Below are positions 42,674 to 53,274 of a stretch of DNA of 64,000 nt, piece by piece; the stretch's first letter is position 1; each line of letters opens with the position of its first letter. A program made the position numbers and the translations under genes. The stretch is from an uncultured Actinomycetota bacterium (GTDB taxonomy: Bacteria; Actinomycetota; Actinomycetes; Actinomycetales; Dermatophilaceae), in assembly GCA_963826445.1 (NCBI GenBank), contig CAWGXD010000041.1, positions 320 through 64,319 of the forward strand, in the 5' to 3' direction. A model generated the notes under the pieces. The model saw only the letters and a program-made list of their open reading frames with translations. It had not been told where the DNA came from and did no database searches.

Positions 42674-45040
42674 TCACCCAGGCGGACGCCACCTCCGGTG
42701 ACGCGTCCCGGGGACACCCTCGCGGACGAGCTGGAGTCGGGGTTTCGGGCCGTCGGTGCGGCCGGTCTGTGGCTTGCGGCGACCCGCCTTCCACGGATCG
42801 GGCCACACGGCGCCCGGCCCGTCGTAGTCCTGCTCGATGGCGGCATGGAGGGTCCAGTTCGGGTTGTAGAGGTGGGCGCGGCCCACGGCGCAGAGATCGG
42901 CGCGACCGGCGAGGACGAGGGAGTTGACGTCGTCCCAGGAGCTGATGATGCCGACGGCGATCGTGGGGATGTCGACCCGGTTGCGGATCGCGTCGGCGAA
43001 GGGCGTCTGGTAGCTGCGGCCGAAGGCGGGCCTCTCGTCCGGGGTGACCTGGCCCGACGAGACGTCGATCGCGGCGGCCCCGGCATCCTTGAAGGCGTGG
43101 GCGATCAGCACCGCGTCCTCACCGGTGATGCCACCAGGCGCCCAGTCGGTCGCTGAGATGCGGACCGTCATCGGGACGTGGTCGGGCACGGCCGCTCGCA
43201 TCGCCGCAAAGACCTCCAGGGGGTAGCGCAGGCGGTTCTCGAGCGGGCCGCCGTACGTGTCAATGCGCTGGTTGGTGATCGGCGAGATGAACGAGGAGAG
43301 CAGGTAGCCGTGAGCGCAGTGCAGCTCGACGAGGTCGAAACCGGCGTCGACCGCGTTGCGTGCGGCGGTGACGAACTGCTCCTTGATCGCTGCAAGGTCG
43401 TCGCTCGTGCACTCGCGTGGGACTTGGTTGCGGCCCTCGAGATAGGACAGCGGCGAGGGGCCGACGACCTCCCAGTTGCCCTCGTCGAGCGGCTCGTCGA
43501 CGCCCTCCCACATGAGCTTCGTCGAGCCCTTGCGTCCGGAGTGCCCGATCTGGCAGCCGATCTTCGCCGGCGACTGGTCGTGGACGAAGTCCGTGATCCG
43601 GCGCCACGCCGCGGTCTGCTCGTCGCTCCAGATGCCGGTGCAGCCGGGGGTGATCCGGCCTTCGGGGGAGACGCAGACCATCTCGGTCATGACGAGTCCC
43701 GCGCCGCCGAGGGCCTTTCCGCCGAGGTGCACGAGGTGGAACTCGGTCGGCATTCCGTCGCCGGGGGAGCGGTACATGTCCATCGGCGACACGACGACCC
43801 GGTTGACCAGGTCGAGTGTGCCGAGCCGGAATGGCTGGAACATCGGCGGGGCGCCCGGGCGGCCACCCGGGATCGACTGCGCGAACCACGCGTCCGTCGC
43901 AGCGACGAACTCAGGGTCGCGGACCCTGAGGTTGTCGTGGGTGACGCGACGGCTGCGGGTCATGATGTTGAAGGCGAACTGCTCCGGCGCCTGGCCGACG
44001 TACTGGCCGAGGTTCTCGAACCACTCGAGGCTGGCCTGGGCTGCGCGCTGGGTCGACAGGACGACCGGCTTGCGCTCGTCCTCGTACGCCTTGAGCGCCG
44101 CGTCGAGCGAGGGGTGCTCGTGCAGGCACGCAGCGAGGGCCAGCGCATCCTCCATGGCGAGCTTGGTCCCCGAGCCGATCGAGAAGTGCGCGGTGTGCGC
44201 CGCGTCGCCGAGGATGACGATGTTGTCGCGCTCACCCGCGCGCCACCGCTCGTTGCGGATGGTGCGGAAGGTGATCCAGCGCGAGTTGTTCGCGAAGACG
44301 GCGTGGTCGCCGAGGATGTCGGCGCAGAGGTCGCGGACCCGCTCGATCGAGGCTTCGTCGGACTCGCCCGGCCGCCACTCGCGGTCATCCAGCTCTCCGA
44401 ACCCGGCTGCGCGCCAAACATCCTCGTGCATCTCGAGGATGAAGGTGCTCCCGGTGGCGTCGAACGGGTAACCGTGCACCTGCATGACGCCCCACTCCGT
44501 CTCGAGGATGTGGAAGGTGAAGGCGTCGAAGACGAGATCGGTCGCGAGCCACATGTACTTGCAGTGGCGCTCGTCGATCGAGGGCTCGAAGGTGTCGGCG
44601 TGGCGGGCGCGGACCGTCGAGTTCAGGCCGTCCGCCGCGAGGACGAGGTCGTGCGTCGCGGCGAGCTCATCCACGTCTGGGGCGTCGGTGCGGAAGTGGA
44701 TGGTCACGCCGAGCTCCGTGGCGCGGGCTTGGAGCAGCTCGAGGAGGCGCTTGCGCGACATGGCCGCGAACCCGTGGCCGCCGCTCGTGATCGTCCGGCC
44801 CCGGAAGTGGACGTCGATGTCGTCCCATCGCGCGAACTCGGCCTCCATCGCCGCGTGGATCGAGCGGTCGGCGTGCTCGATGCCGCCGAGCGTCTCGTCC
44901 GAGAAGACGACCCCGAAGCCGAACGTGTCGTCGGCGGCGTTCCGCTCCCAGACGGTGATCTCGTGGGTCGGGTCGAGCTGCTTGGCGAGCGCCGCGAAGT
45001 AGAGGCCCCCGGGCCCACCGCCGATGACGGCGATCCTCAT
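42674..45040 (-). CDS. Bifunctional salicylyl-CoA 5-hydroxylase / 2-aminobenzoyl-CoA monooxygenase-reductase
   Basis: GGGPGGLY, DTFGFGVVFS, GDAAHTAHFSIGSGTKLA, followed by an old-yellow-enzyme domain (HCAHGYLLSSF, YGG.LENR.R). Confidence 0.93.
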   Translation of the reverse strand: MRIAVIGGGPGGLYFAALAKQLDPTHEITVWERNAADDTFGFGVVFSDETLGGIEHADRSIHAAMEAEFARWDDIDVHFRGRTITSGGHGFAAMSRKRLLELLQARATELGVTIHFRTDAPDVDELAATHDLVLAADGLNSTVRARHADTFEPSIDERHCKYMWLATDLVFDAFTFHILETEWGVMQVHGYPFDATGSTFILEMHEDVWRAAGFGELDDREWRPGESDEASIERVRDLCADILGDHAVFANNSRWITFRTIRNERWRAGERDNIVILGDAAHTAHFSIGSGTKLAMEDALALAACLHEHPSLDAALKAYEDERKPVVLSTQRAAQASLEWFENLGQYVGQAPEQFAFNIMTRSRRVTHDNLRVRDPEFVAATDAWFAQSIPGGRPGAPPMFQPFRLGTLDLVNRVVVSPMDMYRSPGDGMPTEFHLVHLGGKALGGAGLVMTEMVCVSPEGRITPGCTGIWSDEQTAAWRRITDFVHDQSPAKIGCQIGHSGRKGSTKLMWEGVDEPLDEGNWEVVGPSPLSYLEGRNQVPRECTSDDLAAIKEQFVTAARNAVDAGFDLVELHCAHGYLLSSFISPITNQRIDTYGGPLENRLRYPLEVFAAMRAAVPDHVPMTVRISATDWAPGGITGEDAVLIAHAFKDAGAAAIDVSSGQVTPDERPAFGRSYQTPFADAIRNRVDIPTIAVGIISSWDDVNSLVLAGRADLCAVGRAHLYNPNWTLHAAIEQDYDGPGAVWPDPWKAGRRKPQTGRTDGPKPRLQLVREGVPGTRHRRWRPPG

Positions 45041-45462
45041 GCTCCATCTCCGTTCCGCGCGCCCCCTGTGAGCGGGTGCCCTGTCAGGCGGGCGCGCTGC
45101 TCGGCCGTCCACGGCTTCGAGCCCTCGCCGTGGGGGTCCGCCTGGACGACGACGCACGTGCCGCTCGCGACGGTGCGGTCGCCGAGGGTGATCTCGAAGC
45201 CGTAAGTCATCGAGGAGGTGCCGACCGAGTCGACCCAGATGTGCGTCGTCGGCTCGTCCCGGAACCAGAGACGCGAGGCGAAGTCGATGTGCAGCTGGAC
45301 ACGCGGGACGTGGCCGAACAGCTCTGGCATTCCGAGCTTCTCGTGGAGAGCGTCCTCGGCGGCCTCGAGGAAGCGGAGGATGGTCGCGTTGTGCCAGTGT
45401 CCCGACGCGTCCGTGTCGATCCAGTCGATGCGGCGGGTGATGGCCGCCTCCGGCCTGCTCAT
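45037..45462 (-). CDS. Acyl-CoA thioesterase (4HBT-like)
   Basis: DTDASGHWHN...RF.E, VG.SS. Confidence 0.85.
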   Translation of the reverse strand: MSRPEAAITRRIDWIDTDASGHWHNATILRFLEAAEDALHEKLGMPELFGHVPRVQLHIDFASRLWFRDEPTTHIWVDSVGTSSMTYGFEITLGDRTVASGTCVVVQADPHGEGSKPWTAEQRARLTGHPLTGGARNGDGA

Positions 45463-47088
45463 TGCTCGCGGAGCCGGAAGCGCTGCACCTTGCCCGTCGA
45501 GGTCCGCGGCAGGGCCTCGATGAACTCGATCGCGCGAGGGTACTTGTAGGGGGCGATGACCTGCTTGACGTGGTCCTGGATCTCCTTCGCCTTGGCCTCC
45601 TTGGCGGCATCGTCCTGGACGGAGGCGAGGCCGTCCCTCAGCACGACGAACGCCTTGATGATGCTGCCGCGGGCCTCGTCCGGGGCCGCGACGACCGCGC
45701 ACTCGAGGACGTCGGGCTCGGTGACGATCGCCTCCTCGACCTCCGGGCCGCCGACGTTGTAGCCCGAGGTGACGATCATGTCGTCGCTGCGGGCCTGATA
45801 CCAGAAGTAGCCGTCGGCGTCGCGGATGAAGGTGTCGCCGGTGACGTTCCATCCGTCGTGGACATACGCCTTCTGGCGCTCGTCGGCGAGATAGCGGCAG
45901 CCCGTCGGTCCCTTGACCGCCAGACGTCCCGGCTCGCCGTCGGGGACGTCGTCGCCGAACCCGTCGATGATCTTGGCGCGGTACCCCGGGACCGGCTTGC
46001 CGGTCGATCCCGGGCGGATCTGCTCGTCCGCCGAGCCGATGAAGATGTGGAGCAGTCTCGGTCGAGCCGATCCCGTCGATGAGCTCGACGCCGGTGGCCT
46101 CCTTGAAGGCGTGCCACGTCGCGACGGGAAGGTGCTCGCCGGCCGAGACGCCCCGGCGCAGGGTGTGGATCTGTGGCGCCTTGCCGGAGGCGATGATGGC
46201 GCGGTAGGCAGTGGGCGCGGTGGAGCAGATGGTCACGCCGTGGGCCTCGATGAGGTCGGCGAGCTGGTCGGGGGTGGCCTTCTCGATGAGCAGGGTGCTC
46301 GCGCCGACCCTCAGCGGGAAGACGACGAGGCCGCCGAGGCCGAAGGTGAAGGCGATGGGCGGCGTGCCGGTGAAGACATCGTCGATCGTCGGCTTGAGGA
46401 CGTAGTGCGAGAACGTGTCCGCGTTGGCGAGCACGTCGCGGTGGAAGTGCATCGTCGCCTTGGGCTTGCCGGTCGTGCCGGAGGTGAAGGCGAGCATTGC
46501 GACGTCGTCGACCGCGGTCTCGACAGGGGTGAAGTCTGAGGACTTGGCGGTGGCCGTGCGGGTCAGGTCGTCCTCCGCGTCGCCTCCGTAGATGAGGGTG
46601 CGGAGGCCGGGAAGCTCTGCCGCAGCGAGGTCGTCGACGAAGCGGACGTCGCAGATAGCGAGGTCGAAGCGGCCGATCTCGCCGATCGTGGTGAGCTCCC
46701 TGGGGCGAAGCAGCGGCATCGTCGGCACGACGACGGCGCCCGCCCGAAGCACGGCGAACCAGCAGGCGACGAGCCACAGGTTGTTCGGGCCGCGGAGCAG
46801 GACGCGGTTGCCCGGGACGAGGCCGTGGTCCTCGACAAGGAGGTTCGCGATCTGGTTGGCGCGGGCGCGCAGGTCGCCGTAGGTCCAGACGGTCCCGTCG
46901 GGTGAGCGGAGACAGGGGCGGTCGGGTCCGTGCTCGTCGATGACGCGGTCGAGCAGCTCGACGCCGCAGTTGAGTCGGTCGGGGTAGTGCACCTCCGGGA
47001 CCTCGAAGAGGAACTCTGGCCACTGGTCCTGCGGTGGGAGGTTGTCCCGGCAGAAGGTGTCGACGTGGGCGGAGGGGGTGAGCTCCAT
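45459..47088 (-). CDS. Aryl-CoA ligase (2-aminobenzoate-CoA ligase-like); frameshift near 46055
   Basis: SAHVDTF.RDNLPP, FTSGTTGKPK, DGIGSTE, PYKYPR, TGKVQR. Confidence 0.9.
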
Positions 47089-47175
47089 GTCAGCACCGTA
47101 TGGAGTCGTTCTCACGACCGTCAATGGTTCGTCATGCGGCGGGGCTGGCCGCCGGTCCGGCGCTAGGCTCCGAAC

Positions 47176-48051
47176 GTGACGGACACCGACCTGGCCGACG
47201 AGGTCAATGTCAGCGCGGCTACCGCCCGCCCGCGTGCCCTCATCGTCAGCGTCTACGGGCTCTACGCACGTGAGGTCGGCGGATGGATCAGCGTCAGCTC
47301 GCTCATCCGCCTCATGTCCCGCCTCGGGGTCGAGGAGGCGGCGGTCCGGTCCTCGATCTCGCGGCTCAAGCGACGCGGGATCCTCGAGGCCGAGCGGGTC
47401 GACGGCAGTGCGGGTTATGCGCTGTCGTCAGAAGCGCGACAGATCCTCGACGACGGCGACCGGCGCATCTTCGAGCGGCGGCGGGCCACGTTGGCCGAAG
47501 GCTGGATCCTCGCCGTCTTCTCGGTCCCGGAGTCCGAGCGGCGGCAACGCCACCTGCTCCGGTCCCGGCTGTCGTGGCTCGGCTACGGCACGGTCGGCAA
47601 CGGGGTCTGGATCGCGCCGGGCCACCTCGAGGAGGAGACCCGGTTCGCCCTCGAGCGGCACGGGCTCGCTTCCTATGTCGACCTGTTCCACGCGTCGTAC
47701 CGTGGCTTCGCTGATCTCCATGCCGAGGTCCGATCCTGGTGGGACCTCGACAGCCTCGATGCCCTGTACCGGCAATTCGACGAGGCGCACGGTCCGGTCC
47801 TCACGTCGTGGCGCCAGCGTCGACGCAAGGACGACGAGGGGGAGGCGTTCGCCGACTACGTGCGGGCTCTCACCGCCTGGCGGCGCCTGCCCTACCTCGA
47901 TCCAGGCCTTGCGCCGGAGCTGCTGCCCCGTGACTGGATGGGCGTGCGGGCGGCGGACACGTTCTTCGCGATGCGCCGCCGCCTCGAGGTTCCCGCTCAC
48001 CGCTTCGTCGAGCACGTCCGCGGGGCAAGGTTCCCGTCGACTGTGCAGTAG
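47176..48051 (+). CDS. PaaX-family transcriptional regulator
   Basis: AVRSSISRLKRRG, FSVPESER..RH.LR..L.WLG, DP.L..ELLP.DW.G. Confidence 0.9.
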   Translation: MTDTDLADEVNVSAATARPRALIVSVYGLYAREVGGWISVSSLIRLMSRLGVEEAAVRSSISRLKRRGILEAERVDGSAGYALSSEARQILDDGDRRIFERRRATLAEGWILAVFSVPESERRQRHLLRSRLSWLGYGTVGNGVWIAPGHLEEETRFALERHGLASYVDLFHASYRGFADLHAEVRSWWDLDSLDALYRQFDEAHGPVLTSWRQRRRKDDEGEAFADYVRALTAWRRLPYLDPGLAPELLPRDWMGVRAADTFFAMRRRLEVPAHRFVEHVRGARFPSTVQ

Positions 48052-48351
48052 ACGCCGCCCTGCCTCGTCGAGTGTGCAGTTCGCGCCGGCTCCCTTTCGT
48101 CGAGTGTGCAGTCCGGCCGGTTCCCTTCAGTCGAGTGTGCAGTAAATGCCGGGCATATCGGCACGAACTGCACACTCGACGAGGGGGAGGGCGCACCTGG
48201 GACAGCTGGGCACGAACTGCACACTCGACAAGAAGGGAGGGCGCACCTGGGTCAGGTGGGCACGAACTGCACACTCGACGAGGGGGGATGGTGCACGTGG
48301 GTCAGGTGGGCACGCAAGCGAGCTCAGCGGCATACGTCGTATGCCGCTGAG
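48036..48351. repeat. Largest composite array: four forward and three reverse family B units, then a family A hairpin
   Basis: Forward at 48036, 48067, 48099, 48130; reverse at 48168, 48217, 48267; A hairpin 48318-48351. Confidence 0.9.
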
Positions 48352-48360
48352 TGCGGTCGG

Positions 48361-48750
48361 TCACGTCGGCGCGCTTGGGTGGGCGCTGAGGAGGGCCTCG
48401 TGCCGGGTGCGCTCGAGGTAGGTGCGGATGGTGTCACGGCTGCGGGTCAGGCAGGCGATCCGAGCCTCGAGGGGGCCGAGCTCCGCGGCCAGCTGCTCGG
48501 CGACCTGTGCCGGGCACGTCGGCTCATCCCGCGCGGCAGCGTCCTCGGCGTCGAGCAGCACCTTGACCAGCCGGGTCGGGATGCCGGCTTGGACGAGCCC
48601 GGCGATGCGGCCGACCCGCTCGACGTGCTGGTCGGTGTAGGTGCGGTAGCCGTTGTCGGCCCGATCCGGGGCGAGCAATGCCTGCTGCTCGTAGTAACGG
48701 ATGAGCCGCGGCGCGACCCCCGTGCGCTCGGCCACTTCCCCGATCTTCAC
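48361..48750 (-). CDS. MerR-family regulator
   Basis: IGEVAERTGV..R.IRYYEQ..LL.P.R..NGYR.Y. Confidence 0.92.
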   Translation of the reverse strand: MKIGEVAERTGVAPRLIRYYEQQALLAPDRADNGYRTYTDQHVERVGRIAGLVQAGIPTRLVKVLLDAEDAAARDEPTCPAQVAEQLAAELGPLEARIACLTRSRDTIRTYLERTRHEALLSAHPSAPT

Positions 48751-48768
48751 GGTGAGCTCCCTTCAGGC

Positions 48769-48800
48769 TTGACATTGACATTAGTGTAAAACTTTACCGT
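48769..48800 (+). promoter_or_regulatory. MerR-type long-spacer promoter for the MFS gene
   Basis: TTGACA, 20-nt spacer containing the dyad TTGACA-TTAG-TGTAAA, then TACCGT; ATG at 48807. Confidence 0.7.
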
Positions 48801-48806
48801 CGAGGC

Positions 48807-49989
48807 ATGTCACTCACCACGACCCGCGCCACCTCCGACGCCGCGATCAGGCTCCCGATGCCGGCCCTCCTCGCCCTCGGCGCGGCGACTCTCGTCATGG
48901 TCACCGCCGAGATGCTCCCAACCGCGGTCCTCGTGCCGATGAGCGTCGGCCTCGGTATCAGCGAGTCGCTCACCGGGCAGCTGGTCGCCACCTGGGCCCT
49001 CACCGTCCTCGTCGCGAGCCTGCCGCTGACGCGCCTGACGAGACGCGTGGACCGCAGGGCCCTCATCGTCGCAGGTCTGGTCGGGCTCGCCGCGTCGTCG
49101 CTGGCGACGGCGTCTGGCGCCATCGTTCGGTGTGGCACTCGGGGCGCGGCTGATCGGGGCCGCCGCGGTCGGCCTGCTGTGGGCGACGGCCAACGCGCAT
49201 GTCGCGGAGCTCGTCCCCGAGGCACTCCTGGGTCGTGCCGTCGCGATGGTGCTGATGGGAGCCACCCTCGGCATGGTGATCGGCACGCCGCTGGCTCGGG
49301 TGGTCGCCGACGTGACGAGCTGGCGGGTGGCTTTCGGGGTGCTCGCCGGTTCCGCGGTCGCCGTCGCCGTGGTCGTACGGGCCGTCGTGCCGAGCCGTCC
49401 GCGCTCGGTCCGGGGTGCCCGCGACGACACAGCAGACCGTGCGTCGCTGGCTCCGACGCTCACCGTGACCGTGCTGGTCGGCCTGCTGCTTGTCGGGTTC
49501 TACGGGACGTACACGTTCATCACCCGGCTCGGCGAGCCCGCAGCCGGGCTGTTGCCCGGTGGCATGGGCAGCCTGCTCCTCGGCTTCGGACTGGCCTCGG
49601 CGGTGGGCGTCGCGGTGGCTGGTCGCGTGAGGCGGCCGGCTGGTGGTCTCGTTGTCGCCTCGGCAGCGACCGGGCTCGGGTTGATCGGGCTACTCGGCGC
49701 GTCCGAGGCGGCTCTGGGCCTGGTGGCGATCCTCGGACTGGGAGTCGCGAGCGGAGCTCTGCCGCCGCTCGCCCAGACCGAGATCCTCCGGCTCGCCGGA
49801 ACCGCACACCGCGACCTGGCCTCGGCCCTCATCCCGGTCGTGTTCAACGGCGGCATCGCGGTCGGGGCGGCCGCGGCGAGCCTGCTCGTCGGTCAAGCCG
49901 GCCCGTCTGCGCTGCCCGCGCCTGCGGCGGCGGCAGCTCTCGTCGCCGCGCTTGGCCTGACGGCCGCCACCCGGCCGCGAGCCGTTTGA
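48807..49989 (+). CDS. MFS efflux transporter (DHA1-like); frameshift near 49125
   Basis: E.LP..VL, R..RR..., GRA.A.V..G..LG..IG.P; multiple hydrophobic helices. Confidence 0.88.
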
Positions 49990-50019
49990 CCCACCACGCA
50001 GCTCCGCGTCTGGGTCCTC

Positions 50020-50127
50020 GTCGATTGTGCAATAGACGCCAGCGCGGACTGCACACTCGACCAAGAACCTGCGGCGCGTACTGCACACTCGACCAAGAAC
50101 CTGCGGCGCGTACTGCACACTCGACCA
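50020..50127. repeat. Family B array with exact 32-bp tandem units
   Basis: Degenerate forward copy at 50020; CTGCACACTCGACCAAGAACCTGCGGCGCGTA at 50049 and 50081, partial at 50113. Confidence 0.9.
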
Positions 50128-50156
50128 AAGGTGTGGGGAGGGTTGCGACGCGTACC

Positions 50157-50558
50157 TCAGTCCGGGAGGACGGCGAAGCCCTGGACCTCGACGAGGGCCT
50201 CCTCGTCCCACAGCCGGGCCACCCCGATGCCGGCCATGGCCGGGTAGGCGGCCCCGACGAGGCGCCGCCAGACCGCTCCGATCTCCCGTGAGTGCGCCCG
50301 GTAGTCGTCCATGTCGACGATGTAGACCGTCACGCTCGCCAGGTGCTCGGGCGCGCCACCGGCGGCTCGCAGCGAGGTCAGCATCGACGTGAGCGCCCGC
50401 TCGAACTGCTCGACGACCGTGTCGCCGACGATGCGGCCATCTTCGTCGAGCGCGGTCTGCCCAGCGAGGAACACCGTGCGCCCTCGGCCCACGACGGCGT
50501 GGCTGAACCCACTCGGCCGACCGAGCTCAGGAGGGTTCACGTGCTCAAGGGCGCTCAT
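50157..50558 (-). CDS. RidA/YjgF-family protein
   Basis: P.GFSHAV, LAGQ, YPAM, ALVEVQ..A. Confidence 0.9.
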   Translation of the reverse strand: MSALEHVNPPELGRPSGFSHAVVGRGRTVFLAGQTALDEDGRIVGDTVVEQFERALTSMLTSLRAAGGAPEHLASVTVYIVDMDDYRAHSREIGAVWRRLVGAAYPAMAGIGVARLWDEEALVEVQGFAVLPD

Positions 50559-51322
50559 GACTGGACCGCACCTCCGTCGACGTTGATGGCCTGGCCGGTG
50601 ATCGCGGGCGTCGTCACGCAGAGCAGCACCGCGGCCGCCACCTCATCCGGCCGGATGAGCCGGCCGATCGGCTGCTTGGCCTGGAGGGCAGCTCGGGCCT
50701 CGGCCTCGGTGCGTCCCGTGCTGGCGACGATGCTGGCCACGGTCTGGTCGGTCATCGGCGTGTCGACGTAGCCCGGGCACACGGCGTTGACGGTCACTCC
50801 GGTGCCGGCCACCTCGGCGGCGGCAGACCGCACGAGCCCGAGCACGCCGTGCTTGCTCGCGGTGTAGGCGGCAATGTAGGGCTCGCCCACCTTCGCGGCG
50901 ACCGAGGCGATGACGACGACCCGCCCGTGCCCGCGCCCCATCATGCCGGGCAGCGCTCGCCGCAGGCACCGGAACGGAGCCGTGAGGTTGAGGTCGAGCA
51001 TCTGCTGCCACTGCTCGTCCGTCGTCTTCGCCAAGCGGGCGGACGTGCCGGCCCCGGCGTTGGCGACGAGGACGCTGACCGTGCCGAGCTCGGCCTCGAC
51101 CCGCTCGAAGAGCTCGTCGACGAAGCCTCGATCGGTGATGTCACCCGGCACGACGAGCGTCGGTCCGGGACACGCGGACGCCGTCTCCTTGAGCTCGGTC
51201 GCGTTGCGGGAGGTGAGGGCGACCGCGTGACCGGCCTCGCTGAGCGCTACCGCAACGGCTCGCCCGATGCCCCGCCCAGCGCCGGAGACGAGCGCGACGG
51301 GCGGCACGGCGGTGTCGGTCAC
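50555..51322 (-). CDS. Short-chain dehydrogenase/reductase
   Basis: SGAGRGIG, NAG, YTASK, NAVCPGYVDT. Confidence 0.92.
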   Translation of the reverse strand: MTDTAVPPVALVSGAGRGIGRAVAVALSEAGHAVALTSRNATELKETASACPGPTLVVPGDITDRGFVDELFERVEAELGTVSVLVANAGAGTSARLAKTTDEQWQQMLDLNLTAPFRCLRRALPGMMGRGHGRVVVIASVAAKVGEPYIAAYTASKHGVLGLVRSAAAEVAGTGVTVNAVCPGYVDTPMTDQTVASIVASTGRTEAEARAALQAKQPIGRLIRPDEVAAAVLLCVTTPAITGQAINVDGGAVQS

Positions 51323-51515
51323 GTCACAGACCTTGCCATTCGCCCGTAACGACCGTCAACGCCCCGACATATGCGGACACGGGTCCTCAGCTGGCGGGGC
51401 GAGGCTGATTCCTCCGCCAGCTGAGGGCCCGGGCGCCCGACTGGTGCCGCGCTGGATGTGACCTTGCGCTCGACGTGACCAAGGGGACAACACCGGTCCG
51501 CGATCCGGCAGGTAC

Positions 51516-51538
51516 TGTAGTACTACAACTTGTAGTAC
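51516..51538. promoter_or_regulatory. Palindromic operator, BlaI-like TACTAC-N5-GTAGTA
   Basis: GTACTACAA-C-TTGTAGTAC (51520-51538), overlapping the palindrome TGTAGTACTACA (51516-51527). Confidence 0.6.
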
Positions 51539-51581
51539 CCGGTGTCCCGGGCGTGGCTGCGTCCGGGCGCGGACCTTGGAG

Positions 51582-53273
51582 ATGCGCGTGTCCGAACAGC
51601 AACGAGACCTCACCCCGCTGGCGCCGCTTGGTTTGGGACGCCTCCGTTCCGGGCCGGTGCGCTCCCAGCGCCCGATCTACGTCGACCTGCTCCCGCCGTG
51701 CAACGCAGGGTGCCCTGCCGGGGAGAACATCCAGGCCTGGCTGGCCCACGAGAAGGACGGCGACCACGAGGCGGCGTGGCGACAGCTGACCTCGGACAAC
51801 CCGTTCCCGGCGATCCACGGGCGGGTCTGCTATCACCCGTGCGAGACGGCCTGCAACCGGGTCGACCTGGACGGTGCCGTGTCGATCCACGCGGTCGAGC
51901 GGTTCCTCGGCGACCTCGCCCTCGAGCAGGGCTGGCAGTTCGAGCCGCCGACCACCCGGACTGGACGCAGAGTGCTCGTCATCGGTTCGGGGCCGAGCGG
52001 GCTGTCCGCCGCCTACCACCTCGCCCGCCTCGGGCACGAGGTCGTCGTGCGCGACAACGGGCCCGAGCCGGGCGGCATGATGCGCTACGGCATCCCGGCC
52101 TACCGGCTGCCGCGGCACGTCCTCGACGCGGAGATCGCGCGGCTCGTCAGCCTCGGCGTGCGATTCGAGCAGAACCACCGGGTCACCGACCTCGAGGCCG
52201 AGCGCGCCGAGGGCGATTTCGACGCAGTCTTCGTCGCGGTCGGGGCGCACCTGTCGAAGCGGGTCGACATCCCGAACATGGACGCCAAGCGCGTCCTCGA
52301 CGCCGTCACCTTCCTGCGCGGCGTCGAGACGGGTGAGCAGGAGGCGCTGAGCGGGACGGTCGCGGTCTACGGCGGCGGGAACACCGCGATGGATGCCGCC
52401 CGGGTGGCCCGGCGCGTCGGCGCCGACGAGTCCGTCATCGTCTACCGCCGGACCCGGGAGCAGATGCCCGCGCACGAGGAAGAGGCGGAGGACGCCGAGG
52501 CCGAGGGCATCCGGATCAACTGGCTGCGCACCATCAAGGACATGGGCGAGGGCGACCTCACCGTCGAAGTGCAGGAACTGGACGAACGCGGCCGCCCACA
52601 CGGGACCGGTGTCTACGAGACCCTCGCCGCCGACACCGTCATCCTCGCGCTCGGCCAGGAGAGCGACACCGCCTTCCTGCGCGGCGTGGCCGGTGTCGAA
52701 TTCGACGACGACGTCGTGCAGGTCCATCCCTCGACGCTGATGACCGGCGCCCCGGGGATCTTCGCCGGCGGTGACGCGGTCCCGAGCCAGCGCACCGTGA
52801 CGATCGGCGTCGGGCATGGCAAGCGGGCCGCTCGCAGCATCGATGCGTGGCTCCGCTCGGAGGAGTTCGTCAAGGCGCCCAGGCACGACATCATCCACTC
52901 CGACCGGCTGGGCCTCTGGTACTTCGGCGACCACGACCGACGCCAGCAGCCGGAGCTGGACCCCGCCGAACGCATCAAGGCCTTCGAGGAGGTCGTCGCC
53001 GGGCTGTCCGAGTACGAGGCGCTGTTCGAGGCAGGCCGGTGCCTGTCGTGCGGCAACTGCTTCGAGTGTGACGGCTGCTTCGGGTCGTGCCCGGAGGACG
53101 CGATCATCAAGTTGGGCAAGGGACTTCGCTACGAGTTCAACTACGCCAAGTGCACCGGATGCGGCACGTGTTATCGCCAGTGCCCCGTCCACGCCATCGA
53201 GATGGTGGCCGAGTCGGAGTTCGAGTCTGAGTCTGCGCCGGTGCAGGTCACCGACGCGGTGGAGAGGGGCTGA
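51582..53273 (+). CDS. GltD-like NAD(P)-binding Fe-S flavoprotein with C-terminal ferredoxin domain
   Basis: PC...CP, GRVC..PCE..C.R, GSGPSG, GGGNTAMD, CLSCGNC..C..C...CP, CTGCGTC...CP. Confidence 0.92.
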   Translation: MRVSEQQRDLTPLAPLGLGRLRSGPVRSQRPIYVDLLPPCNAGCPAGENIQAWLAHEKDGDHEAAWRQLTSDNPFPAIHGRVCYHPCETACNRVDLDGAVSIHAVERFLGDLALEQGWQFEPPTTRTGRRVLVIGSGPSGLSAAYHLARLGHEVVVRDNGPEPGGMMRYGIPAYRLPRHVLDAEIARLVSLGVRFEQNHRVTDLEAERAEGDFDAVFVAVGAHLSKRVDIPNMDAKRVLDAVTFLRGVETGEQEALSGTVAVYGGGNTAMDAARVARRVGADESVIVYRRTREQMPAHEEEAEDAEAEGIRINWLRTIKDMGEGDLTVEVQELDERGRPHGTGVYETLAADTVILALGQESDTAFLRGVAGVEFDDDVVQVHPSTLMTGAPGIFAGGDAVPSQRTVTIGVGHGKRAARSIDAWLRSEEFVKAPRHDIIHSDRLGLWYFGDHDRRQQPELDPAERIKAFEEVVAGLSEYEALFEAGRCLSCGNCFECDGCFGSCPEDAIIKLGKGLRYEFNYAKCTGCGTCYRQCPVHAIEMVAESEFESESAPVQVTDAVERG

Positions 53274-53274
53274 C

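Noticed and set aside
42674-47124. Ligase-thioesterase or thioesterase-monooxygenase fusions suggested by the 695-aa and 978-aa ORFs
   Set aside because: Artefacts of one frameshift near 46055 and stop-poor frames; each gene has its own overlapping start and stop
48036-48300. CRISPR array
   Set aside because: Core repeat is only about 13 bp, spacers are about 18 bp or near-identical, orientation flips mid-array, and no cas genes are present
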